Shown: positions 46,759-54,939 of the stretch, piece by piece
How the letters are laid out: each line of letters begins with the position of its first letter
Numbering within the stretch: position 1 is the first letter of the stretch
IMG/VR virus record: IMGVR_UViG_3300044961_000667
Length of the DNA: 64,000 nucleotides
Direction: 5' to 3' (one strand)
Source: a virus
Taxonomy: Duplodnaviria; Caudoviricetes
Notes under the pieces: generated by a model
What the model saw: only the letters and a program-made list of their open reading frames with translations
Databases searched by the model: none
Told to the model about the DNA's origin: nothing
Translations under genes and position numbers: made by a program

Positions 46759-48187
46759 CTTGGGGCAGCTCGTCTTTGGGCTGAACGCTCTTGGCGGTCA
46801 GGCGTGGGTCTTCACTCTGATGATCGTCGTCGTAGTACCGAAGCGCCGTGTCGTAGAGGCACAGCATCGGGAACGATCCGCGGTTCGACCGCGAAGCGAA
46901 GATCATGTTCTTCGTGTACGCGCGGTTGATGACTTCCTTCTGCAGCTGACTGAAGGTCAGGCTCGTCAACCCTTCCTTCACGCAGCGCTCTACCAGCTCG
47001 GCGAGCCGCTTGGCGGGCTTCCTCGGGTACGAGCGCTCGTTGATCGTGGCCAGCATCCTCGCCATGCCCGTGTCTCGGCTGTAGTGATCGGCCGTCCACT
47101 GCGACACGTCGGCGAGCTTCTCCTTCAGCTCGTCGTGGTGTTCCATCATGTACCGCAGGAGCGTGACTCCCTCCTCGGTGGACTTGAACAGCAGCGGGTA
47201 GCCAGGCTTGAGAATCTTCTTCTCGTGCCCGTAGTCCTGGAACGCGACCATCAGCCCCGCGTACAGCCACTCGTGCGGCGAGCTGGGGAACATCTTCAGT
47301 GACTGGATGAAGATGCCGTAGTGACAGCGCGCCATCTGGCGCCACATGTCGCGCTGCGACAGGCCCGTGTGGATCTCGACAGCGCCCTGGCGACGCCCTT
47401 CCATCACCTTCGTCAGCCGCGGGTTCTCCCGAGCCGTACAGATGATGACCTTCACCTCGCGACCGCTGCGGAACAGGTAGTCGGCCAGCTCGATGGCGCG
47501 TTCTCCGCCCTTCGTGTTGGTGAACCGCCCCGAGAAGAAGAAGGTCGGCACCTTCTCTTTCTCAACGCCTTCGATGGCCGCGGTCACCTCCGCCGGCGAG
47601 AAGGCGATCGGCACCACCTGCAGATTCTTGTCGATGCGGTTGAACCACGACGGCGACATCGTCAGCCTGGCCGCTTCGAGCACCGCCTTCTTCTGGAACT
47701 CGCTGAACAGGAACGTGTGACAGCTGGCGTACCCGGTCTGATGAAACAGCAGGTTCGTCTCTTCGGTCTGCAGCTCATCGCTGCCGACGTACTTGGTCGA
47801 GAAGTCCCAGATGTACACCGGCACGGGGCGATAGCCGCCGCCACCGAACACGTTGAAGAACTCCGCGAGCCGACCACCGATGCCGGCGTTGTTCGTCACG
47901 ACGAAGTCGACAGGCCGAGAGCCCCAGATCGGGTTGTACTTGATCAGCTTGTCGTAGAAGACCATCTCGTGCTCGTCGCGCGTGGCGACGAAGTCGTACG
48001 GGATGGTCTCAACCCCAGGGATGGGCTCCTCTTCCTTGCCCTTCTCCCCGTACCTGTGCGGAACGAACCAGGTCACGAAGTGGCCCTGGCTCGCGAGGAA
48101 CTTGGCGAACGCCTTCGTGAGGATGAACGACGAGTCAGCCCGGTAGTCGGACGGGAACTCGTAGCTCGGGAAGATGAGCGCTCTCAC
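46730..48187 (-). CDS. GT-B fold glycosyltransferase 1 (GT4-like, degenerate EX7E)
   Basis: FFFSGRFTNTKG; K-X7-E (KMFPSSPHE); paralogous to 49270..50712. Confidence 0.75.
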   Translation of the reverse strand: MRALIFPSYEFPSDYRADSSFILTKAFAKFLASQGHFVTWFVPHRYGEKGKEEEPIPGVETIPYDFVATRDEHEMVFYDKLIKYNPIWGSRPVDFVVTNNAGIGGRLAEFFNVFGGGGYRPVPVYIWDFSTKYVGSDELQTEETNLLFHQTGYASCHTFLFSEFQKKAVLEAARLTMSPSWFNRIDKNLQVVPIAFSPAEVTAAIEGVEKEKVPTFFFSGRFTNTKGGERAIELADYLFRSGREVKVIICTARENPRLTKVMEGRRQGAVEIHTGLSQRDMWRQMARCHYGIFIQSLKMFPSSPHEWLYAGLMVAFQDYGHEKKILKPGYPLLFKSTEEGVTLLRYMMEHHDELKEKLADVSQWTADHYSRDTGMARMLATINERSYPRKPAKRLAELVERCVKEGLTSLTFSQLQKEVINRAYTKNMIFASRSNRGSFPMLCLYDTALRYYDDDHQSEDPRLTAKSVQPKDELPQDADQDVDKE

Positions 48188-49149
48188 TCAAAGCACCAGC
48201 CACCGTTCTGGAGGTACCACTCGACCGTCTTCTTGAGGCCCGACTTGAAGTCGGTGAACGGCCGGTCGACGTACTTCTTCAGCTTCGAGGCGTCAGCCAG
48301 CAAGTGGTTGACGTCGAGCGGACGAATGCGCGACTGGTCGACACGCACCTCGCGGGTGAACTTGACGCCCTTCTCCTGGAGAACGTCCATCGTCCACTGC
48401 GCGATGTCTGACACCTTGTGCGTCTCGCCGGTGCCGATGTTGATGACCTCTCCGAAGATGTCGTCGCGCTGGGCCAGCTCGCAGGCGATCTCGGCCGCAT
48501 CGTCGACGTAGACGAAGTCGCGGAACGAGGCCAGGTTCCCCAGCTTGATGACGTTCTCCTTCACGGCCTGGCGGATGATCTCCGGGATCACGTACGGGTG
48601 CGTCTCGCGCGGCCCGTAGCAGTTGAACTGCCGGAAGATGATCAGCTTCAGCCCGCGCTCGTACTGCCACACCCACGCCAGGCGCTCTTGGGCGAGCTTG
48701 GAAACAGCGTAGGTGGAGTAGGGGTTGAGAGGCGACGTTTCGCTCAGGAAAGTCCCCTTGCCGTCCCCGTACAGCTCACTGGACGAGTACAGGATGACTC
48801 TCGGCTTGTGGTCCGACTTCACCACCGCCTCGTAGAGCGCCATGCTGTCGCCGACGTTCGAGTCGAAGAACACCTTGGGCTGGTCGAACGACTTCGGGAT
48901 GTACGGCTCCGCGGCCAGGTGGAACACCACGTCGATGCCGTGCTGGTCGATGAACTTCGGAAGGACCGAGCCGACCGGCTGAATGCACACCTTCAGCATC
49001 GGGTCTTCCGGCAGGTGCTTCTGCGAACCGGCCCGCATGTCGTCGACCACCACGACACGGCACTCCCGGCTCAGCAGCGAGCGAACCAGGGAGGAGCCGA
49101 TGAAACCCGCACCGCCAGTGACCAACACCGTCTTGCCAGAGAGATTCAT
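48184..49149 (-). CDS. NAD-dependent NDP-sugar 4,6-dehydratase/epimerase (extended SDR)
   Basis: TGGAGFIGS; HLAAEP; SSSELYG; YAVSK; FNCYGPR. Confidence 0.95.
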   Translation of the reverse strand: MNLSGKTVLVTGGAGFIGSSLVRSLLSRECRVVVVDDMRAGSQKHLPEDPMLKVCIQPVGSVLPKFIDQHGIDVVFHLAAEPYIPKSFDQPKVFFDSNVGDSMALYEAVVKSDHKPRVILYSSSELYGDGKGTFLSETSPLNPYSTYAVSKLAQERLAWVWQYERGLKLIIFRQFNCYGPRETHPYVIPEIIRQAVKENVIKLGNLASFRDFVYVDDAAEIACELAQRDDIFGEVINIGTGETHKVSDIAQWTMDVLQEKGVKFTREVRVDQSRIRPLDVNHLLADASKLKKYVDRPFTDFKSGLKKTVEWYLQNGGWCFE

Positions 49150-49192
49150 TTTCAGTCCGCGTCGTTCAAGAGGTCAGTACTGCCCTCGAACG

Positions 49193-49221
49193 GCCATACC
49201 GTCCATGATCTGCTCTGTCAA
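49193..49221 (-). promoter_or_regulatory. Sigma70-like promoter inside the glycosylation cluster
   Basis: TTGACA-N17-TATGGC in the 120-bp gap upstream of the dehydratase. Confidence 0.5.
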
Positions 49222-49269
49222 CGCACGAGAGCCAGGCAAACCCGAGAGACGCCAGGGGTTTGGCCAGCC

Positions 49270-50712
49270 CTACCCGCGCTTCATGTGGAGCTTGGGCCCG
49301 TCGCACATGTCGACGTACCCGAACGACGTCAGCATCCACTTCATCGCCAACGGCGAGATGTACTTGAAGTCCGCCTGAGCCCTGGATCGAGCGCTCATCG
49401 CCTTGTAGACGACGGAGAGGTCGCTCACCTCGGGCCACTGTTCGGCCTTCACCGCCTCTTCGAGAAGCCCGTACGCAGGACTGATGCGCTGCACAGTCTC
49501 GATGTTCCGCTTGGCGACCGGCTCCATGAACTGCTTCACGGCCGCGTCCCAGGCACGAGCGACATCGATGGTGCCCCACGGCTCGGTGAACTCGATGAGC
49601 TTCTTGCCCCACTGCGCCTTCACCTCATCGAAGTTCTTCGCGACGTACGCCAGCTTCACTCGCAGGTCAGCCATCCCCTTCGCGATGAACGGGTAGTCCT
49701 TCGGCAGGCGGTTCCGAATCCACACAGTGTCGGTCACCACGGGGATCTGCCCCGAGCGAATCGCCTCCATGTAGGCCAGGCCGGTGCCTTCGTAGTCGCA
49801 GGCGCACACCAGCACGTCACCTTCGTGCAGCGACTCGATGTAGCGCCTGTGGCCGACCCCCGTTTCCAGCTGGACCTGCTGCTCACCGAAGGGATTCTCC
49901 TTCGGAGTGTGCTGCGTCTTGAAGACTCCCTGGATCGGGAATCCCTTGCTGGTCAGCTCGTACAACTGCTTGGCCACCTGCTCCAGGTGTCGCTTCCCCT
50001 CCAGTGAGCCACCGTGGAAGACGGCAACCTTCCCCGTCTCCCGCCGGCGAGCCGCACGCTTCTGCTCGAACTCGTCGCGCTGCTTGTCGATGGGCGGGTA
50101 GTCGGCGCACGCGCGAATCACGTACGTCCACTTCATGATCCGGTCGACCATCGACGGCGACATGCAGCGGCGGACGACACGAAACAGTTCGTCACGGTCG
50201 TACTCGTTCATCACGAACACCGGACCGACAGCCGCCGCCGAGGAGATGAGCGCATACCCCGCCTCCTCGCGCATCGTCGGCAGGCGATCGTCCAGGCTGG
50301 ACTCGGTGTAGTACGTCACCACCGGAACCTCGATCTGCTGGTACCACTTCCCCGGCGGCACGGTGAACGCCAGCTTCAGCGCAGCCGAGTGGAAGAACTT
50401 CTGGTTCAGCACGTAGTCGAACAGCACCTTCCCCTTCTTCGGGAGAAGGGGCGTCATCGTCTCCATCGAGATCGGCGGGAAGTCGAACTGGCTGATGAAC
50501 GGGTCGCCCATCGGCAGCGTGTTGATCCACGGCTTCTGGAAGTACGAGTCGTCCCAGTTCAGCTCGTTCTTGTTGGGCGGGACGACCCACTCGCAGTAGT
50601 GCCGCGAGCCGATCGCATCCAGGCCCTCCAGCACCGCCTGCATGTTGTTCATCATGCTGTTGCCGGAGAGATCCTTCGACGTGTACAGCTCGATGAGACT
50701 CAGGAAGCGCAT
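49270..50712 (-). CDS. GT-B fold glycosyltransferase 2 (GT4-like)
   Basis: Start ATG 50712 (TGATG overlap); FHGGSLEGKR; canonical EX7E EGTGLAYMEAIRSGQIPV. Confidence 0.8.
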   Translation of the reverse strand: MRFLSLIELYTSKDLSGNSMMNNMQAVLEGLDAIGSRHYCEWVVPPNKNELNWDDSYFQKPWINTLPMGDPFISQFDFPPISMETMTPLLPKKGKVLFDYVLNQKFFHSAALKLAFTVPPGKWYQQIEVPVVTYYTESSLDDRLPTMREEAGYALISSAAAVGPVFVMNEYDRDELFRVVRRCMSPSMVDRIMKWTYVIRACADYPPIDKQRDEFEQKRAARRRETGKVAVFHGGSLEGKRHLEQVAKQLYELTSKGFPIQGVFKTQHTPKENPFGEQQVQLETGVGHRRYIESLHEGDVLVCACDYEGTGLAYMEAIRSGQIPVVTDTVWIRNRLPKDYPFIAKGMADLRVKLAYVAKNFDEVKAQWGKKLIEFTEPWGTIDVARAWDAAVKQFMEPVAKRNIETVQRISPAYGLLEEAVKAEQWPEVSDLSVVYKAMSARSRAQADFKYISPLAMKWMLTSFGYVDMCDGPKLHMKRG

Positions 50713-51749
50713 CACTTGCTCCAGTCCTTCGCGTTCTTCAGCGACTCCTCGATGTACTTTCTCACGTCGCCCTTCACCTCGTCCCACAGCTTCGCGCCCT
50801 CGTCATCCGTGTTCCAACCGAACTGCTTGGCGCAGATGTCCAGGGCTTCGTTCCTCCACCGAATCGGACGCTCGTTGGGGAGCAGCAGAGCGGACTCGAA
50901 GAAGAACATCAGCATCCCCATCTTGAAGGGGTCGATGTTCCGCTCCGTGCCCACCTTCGAGAGCGCGTTCTTGCCGCGGTAGGTGTGCAGGTCGAGCCCG
51001 TACCAGTCGACCGTGTCGGCCATCTCGATGTCGCCAGGCTCGACAACGATGCCAGGCCACGGAATGGGCTCCTGCTTCGGCTGGTCGATGAGCGCCATGA
51101 CGATGGCGCAGATCAACATCTCCTCGTCGCCCAGCATGCACTTCCGCACGAGCCGCCAGAGGCAGCCCTCGACGATCTGCTGCGTCCAGGGGTTGGTCGC
51201 CTCGGCTCGCGTGGTGATGACCCTCACCAATCCGTGACGAGCCAGGAACTCCTTCGCTCGGTGCGCCGCCATGCAGATGCGAGACGCCTCGATGTAGTCC
51301 TTCGCGTCGAGCGCCTTCTCCAAGCCCGTCACGGAGTACCACTTCGTCGTCTTCAGGTTCTCGTCCGCGATGGTGTAGAGCCAGCCCGCCTCCTTCGACT
51401 TGGGCAACGTCGCCAGGTTCGCGATGAGCGAGTACAGCCCCTTCATCTGCTCGGGACGCATCGGGCCTGCCGTCTTCATCATCGGCCACGTCTTGGCCTC
51501 GGCGTAGACCCGCGGCATGAACTCCCACCCCAGGTCCTCGACGCAGATGATCGGGATGCGCTTGCACAGCGCAATCCGCTCCTCCGTGCCGTGGGACACC
51601 ATGCCGGCGGCCGTGGCCAACGCCTTCTGGACCTCAGTCCGCCGCAGGTGCTTCTGGAAGGCGGACTTCAACTCCGCCGGGTGAACCTTCGACTTCCGTG
51701 GCCCCTCGAAAAGGGCCACCTGGACTGCTGCTTTCTGAGCCACTGACAT
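50712..51749 (-). CDS. Helical protein resembling the RarA/MgsA C-terminal lid domain, without ATPase
   Basis: KSAFQKHLRR...KRIPIICVEDLG resembles RarA SALHKSIRG...RRLVRIASEDIG; no Walker motifs. Confidence 0.55.
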   Translation of the reverse strand: MSVAQKAAVQVALFEGPRKSKVHPAELKSAFQKHLRRTEVQKALATAAGMVSHGTEERIALCKRIPIICVEDLGWEFMPRVYAEAKTWPMMKTAGPMRPEQMKGLYSLIANLATLPKSKEAGWLYTIADENLKTTKWYSVTGLEKALDAKDYIEASRICMAAHRAKEFLARHGLVRVITTRAEATNPWTQQIVEGCLWRLVRKCMLGDEEMLICAIVMALIDQPKQEPIPWPGIVVEPGDIEMADTVDWYGLDLHTYRGKNALSKVGTERNIDPFKMGMLMFFFESALLLPNERPIRWRNEALDICAKQFGWNTDDEGAKLWDEVKGDVRKYIEESLKNAKDWSK

Positions 51750-51796
51750 CTCCCTCTGCCCTCAATGGGCGCTTCATCAAAGTCCATGAACCACAG

Positions 51797-51835
51797 AAGC
51801 CATTGTAGCCAAAAACTGGCTGAAAACAATGGCTT
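51797..51835 (-). promoter_or_regulatory. AT-rich nested inverted repeat overlapping a sigma70-like promoter
   Basis: AAGCCATTGT-N19-ACAATGGCTT with inner AGCCA/TGGCT; minus strand TTGTTT-N16-TACAAT. Confidence 0.55.
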
Positions 51836-52091
51836 AGGGCTCGCCACTCATCGAAATCGCCTGGGCCATCCCCTGCGCCTTGGCGGACAACAGGACCATC
51901 TCTCCAGGGAGTGCCTGGAGCATCGTCCTCACCTCTTCCTCGTCCATCGGCTCATCATCTCGAACGCTCTCGACGAGCTTCACCCAGCGGTCCAGCAACT
52001 CCCTGGCTGAGCGAAGCTCGTCGAGCAACGTCGTCTTGGTGAGCGGATAGAAGTGGCCGAGGGCTGTTGGATCCAGCTTGGGCCGCGGCAT
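51834..52091 (-). CDS. Hypothetical protein
   Basis: 85 aa helical ORF. Confidence 0.5.
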   Translation of the reverse strand: MPRPKLDPTALGHFYPLTKTTLLDELRSARELLDRWVKLVESVRDDEPMDEEEVRTMLQALPGEMVLLSAKAQGMAQAISMSGEP

Positions 52092-52094
52092 CGA

Positions 52095-52994
52095 TCACCC
52101 CGCCGCTTCTTCTTCGCCCTCGTCGAGAGCGCCCAGGCTTCCGGCGACGTCAGCGCCGCAGAGGATCTCCTTCGCCTCGGGGTCGACCGCCACGATGCGA
52201 ATGCCCAGGAGCTTCTCGAACTTGCGCATGAACTTCGACACGTTCGCCTTCTTCGTGCCGCGCATGGCGTCGTTCGTCGCGAGCCAGTCCTGGCAGATCA
52301 GCTCCAGGAGGTAGCCCTTCTTGTCGGAGCCAGCGAGTTCCTTCGCCCGCTCCATGGCCGCGGTGACCGTCTGCAGCTGACCTTCGTAGAGGCCGAACGA
52401 GATGTGCGACAGCTTCTCGATCTTGTCCTTGTCTCCGTCGGAGTCGCTGGAGCCGGCACCGGCCTTGTCAGCAGCCTCCTTCTCCTTCTTCGCCTTGAGC
52501 ACGGCACGAGCCTCGTCGGCGAGCATCGTCGACGACATGTCACGAGCCTTCTCGATCCACTCGTCGGCGTTGGCCGCGCTGACCACGCCGACCAGCTCCT
52601 TCACCTTCGTCCAGCCGAGGGGACGGATCTTCTCGATCACGGTCTCGTCGCCCAGCTCGACGCCGAACCAGCTCCAGATCGAGATCAGGTACTGAGCCTT
52701 GCGGATCGCGAAGTCCAGCTCCTTCTCGACGTACTCGTTCCAGCTGGCGTAGCCCCACTGCAGGTAGAGCGGCTTGCCGTCCTGGCCGCCGTTCCACACC
52801 TTGTAGAGCAGCTGCGCCAGCTCGAAGTACGCGTTGTCGATCGTGTTCTTGAGCGTGACGATCCGACCACGAATCAGCTCGGGGTCTTCAGCCACCTCAC
52901 GCGGAATGCCCGTGGCGCCGTTCAGCACCACCACGTTGTCCTTGCCGAGGACCTCGGCGTCAACCGTCTGCTCTCTCGACTTCTTGCTTCCCAT
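52095..52994 (-). CDS. DUF3102-like helical DNA-binding protein
   Basis: FELAQLL...GYASWNEYVEKELDFAIRKAQYLI pattern; RHH-like C-terminal segment; start chosen at ATG 52994 (SD AAGGAG). Confidence 0.55.
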   Translation of the reverse strand: MGSKKSREQTVDAEVLGKDNVVVLNGATGIPREVAEDPELIRGRIVTLKNTIDNAYFELAQLLYKVWNGGQDGKPLYLQWGYASWNEYVEKELDFAIRKAQYLISIWSWFGVELGDETVIEKIRPLGWTKVKELVGVVSAANADEWIEKARDMSSTMLADEARAVLKAKKEKEAADKAGAGSSDSDGDKDKIEKLSHISFGLYEGQLQTVTAAMERAKELAGSDKKGYLLELICQDWLATNDAMRGTKKANVSKFMRKFEKLLGIRIVAVDPEAKEILCGADVAGSLGALDEGEEEAAG

Positions 52995-53307
52995 TGTGTG
53001 CTCCTTCTCGTTCATCGGTGAAAACCACTTCCTCACAGCGGATCTCCACCAGATCGTTCTGACTCTGGTGACCAGTCCGATTCATCAGCTGCCCGGCGAC
53101 GATCGCGTAGCCGCCCTTCCTCGCTCGATCCCTGCAGATCGAGACAAGCCCTCCATACACGTTCACGCGAACCCAGGTGGCCGCGCGCCCCTTTCCCTCC
53201 ACCGCCAGGAGGAACGAGCACGCCTGCTCTCCTCCGTTGGTCGCGCCGAAGTTGATGCTGCCGCCGATGTTGCCGGCCACGACGACCGAGTTGATCCCTC
53301 TAGCCAC
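52960..53307 (-). CDS. ssb: Bacterial-type SSB OB-fold without acidic tail
   Basis: MARGINSVVVAGNIG...TWVRVNVYG...IVAGQL resembles E. coli SSB N-terminus. Confidence 0.75.
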   Translation of the reverse strand: MARGINSVVVAGNIGGSINFGATNGGEQACSFLLAVEGKGRAATWVRVNVYGGLVSICRDRARKGGYAIVAGQLMNRTGHQSQNDLVEIRCEEVVFTDEREGAHNGKQEVERADG

Positions 53308-53947
53308 GCTGGTCTCCTTGCGTGCGTCGGACCCACAAGGCCCGCGCCACAACGTACGCATCCATCTGGTCGTCACCGCCTTCTTCCTTCGGCGGGAACG
53401 ACAATCCCCGCGCGAGAAGCTGCTCGCGCACTTGTTCCTTGACCGGCTTCACCTCAGCCCTCTTCGTCTTCTCCCACTTGCCGTCGACCTTCTTCCGAAC
53501 AGACTTCTGCTGGATGACGATCCCCACGTCCTTGCGCGCAGCCTGAGGCGGGATGGGCGTCGCGACGACACCGAGAGCCAAGAACAGCTGACACTTCGTG
53601 AACCCCTGCAGCTCGGCCAGCGGCTCTCGGCCGAACTGCTTGCCGAACGCATAGCCTTCGATGGCCACCTCGGGCTTCCCGAGGTCAGCGTGCTTCTTGA
53701 TCAACCCCAGCACCGAGTTCGCGATGCCGATGACCCGCTCCACGCGCTGCCGCTCGTTCTTCCCCGACAGCTGGTAGCCGAACACCTCGTACTGCTCGGC
53801 CACGCCGTCCGGCCTCAGCACCGCCACCGCGGTGTGGGTGAGCGACATGTCGAGCCCGACGATCTTGGCGGAGAGCGGAGCCGGCTTCGGCTTGAGCGCT
53901 GCCAGGAGATCCTCCTGCTCAGGAGATGGACGAAGATCGTCTCTCAC
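53300..53947 (-). CDS. ruvC: RuvC-like Holliday junction resolvase
   Basis: IVGLDMSLTHTAVAV; VAIEGYAF; DQMDAYVVA acidic triad. Confidence 0.88.
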   Translation of the reverse strand: MRDDLRPSPEQEDLLAALKPKPAPLSAKIVGLDMSLTHTAVAVLRPDGVAEQYEVFGYQLSGKNERQRVERVIGIANSVLGLIKKHADLGKPEVAIEGYAFGKQFGREPLAELQGFTKCQLFLALGVVATPIPPQAARKDVGIVIQQKSVRKKVDGKWEKTKRAEVKPVKEQVREQLLARGLSFPPKEEGGDDQMDAYVVARALWVRRTQGDQRG

Positions 53948-54888
53948 GGGGAGTCACCCAGCTTCGTCTTGCAGCCGAAGCACTTGGTCACGAGCTGACA
54001 CTCCTTGGCCCGGTCCGTCTTGGCGTTGTCGCAGACGGTGAGGCGAGGAGGCAGCTCGACGTCGCCGCCGATCCTGATGCCGCGGCGAATGGTCGTGATC
54101 ATCGACAGGACGTCATCTACCAGCTTCTGGTCGTACTCGACCTCGTAGACGCGCATGGCACGGAACCCGTAGCCACCCTTGTTCTGGTAGACGATGAGGC
54201 CGTCTTTCTGCCGCAGGCCAGTCATCCACATGTACACGTTCGTCTGGATGACGTGCGCGACGTTGGGCGACATGTCGACCTTGTTCTTGAACCCGTCCGG
54301 GTTGATCGACTTGAACTCGACGATGCGCTTGCCGTCTCCGAGGTCCAGGATGCCGTCAGGGTGACCGCGCAGCTTGTACTGCTGGTTCTCGACCTCGATC
54401 TCCCGGTAGAGGAACCACGAGCCACCACAGTCGGTCACCGCGTAGACGCCGGGTTGCTCCTCGATCACCTTCTTGCCGTCGCACAGCTTCGGCCTGCCGA
54501 TCGGCACCGCGTCGGTGCCGTGCATCTTGCCGCAGTCCATGCACTTCCAGAGGCCATAGAGCACTCCATGGGGCCCCAGGAACTCGTTCTGCATCACGAA
54601 GTGCCACCCGGAGCCGATGCCGTAGGTCAGCTGCTCATCCGGCGTGATGATGTCGGACCGACGCACTCCGCAGACACCAGCCAGAACCTCTTCTCTGGCG
54701 CAGAGGTACCCAAGCGACGAGACTCGAAACCACGCATCCGCGGAAGGGGGCTCTGAGTCGCCGGCGTATCGAGCCGTTCGCCTCAAGAACTCCACGAGGG
54801 ACTTGTCTCGAACACCCTCAGCCGGAACTTCGGCGGGCTTCCCGGCCCGCCCATACAGCATCTCGTGAATGAGATCTGCGAACGCCAT
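53944..54888 (-). CDS. Cas4-like PD-(D/E)xK exonuclease
   Basis: GHPDGILD...IVEFKS...QTNVYM; one N-terminal and three C-terminal Cys, plus a CMDC/C..C ribbon. Confidence 0.85.
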   Translation of the reverse strand: MAFADLIHEMLYGRAGKPAEVPAEGVRDKSLVEFLRRTARYAGDSEPPSADAWFRVSSLGYLCAREEVLAGVCGVRRSDIITPDEQLTYGIGSGWHFVMQNEFLGPHGVLYGLWKCMDCGKMHGTDAVPIGRPKLCDGKKVIEEQPGVYAVTDCGGSWFLYREIEVENQQYKLRGHPDGILDLGDGKRIVEFKSINPDGFKNKVDMSPNVAHVIQTNVYMWMTGLRQKDGLIVYQNKGGYGFRAMRVYEVEYDQKLVDDVLSMITTIRRGIRIGGDVELPPRLTVCDNAKTDRAKECQLVTKCFGCKTKLGDSP

Positions 54889-54899
54889 TCACATCTCCT

Positions 54900-54917
54900 C
54901 GCGCAATCGATTGCGCG
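54900..54917 (-). promoter_or_regulatory. Palindrome CGCGCAATCGATTGCGCG copy 6
   Basis: 18-bp palindrome immediately followed by AGGAG and ATG 54888. Confidence 0.7.
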
Positions 54918-54939
54918 CCCGTCATCAAGGTCCAACCGC

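Noticed and set aside
44859-50712. Sugar genes as a host O-antigen locus or serotype-conversion cassette
   Set aside because: No flippase, polymerase, bactoprenol GT or membrane proteins; codon usage and gene overlaps match the phage operon
53944-54888. Cas4-like gene as part of a CRISPR-Cas system
   Set aside because: No other cas genes or repeat-spacer array; context is phage recombination
4721-54917. The six palindromes as CRISPR repeats, REP elements or terminators
   Set aside because: Dispersed rather than arrayed, too short, no loop or U-tract, and fixed spacing to start codons
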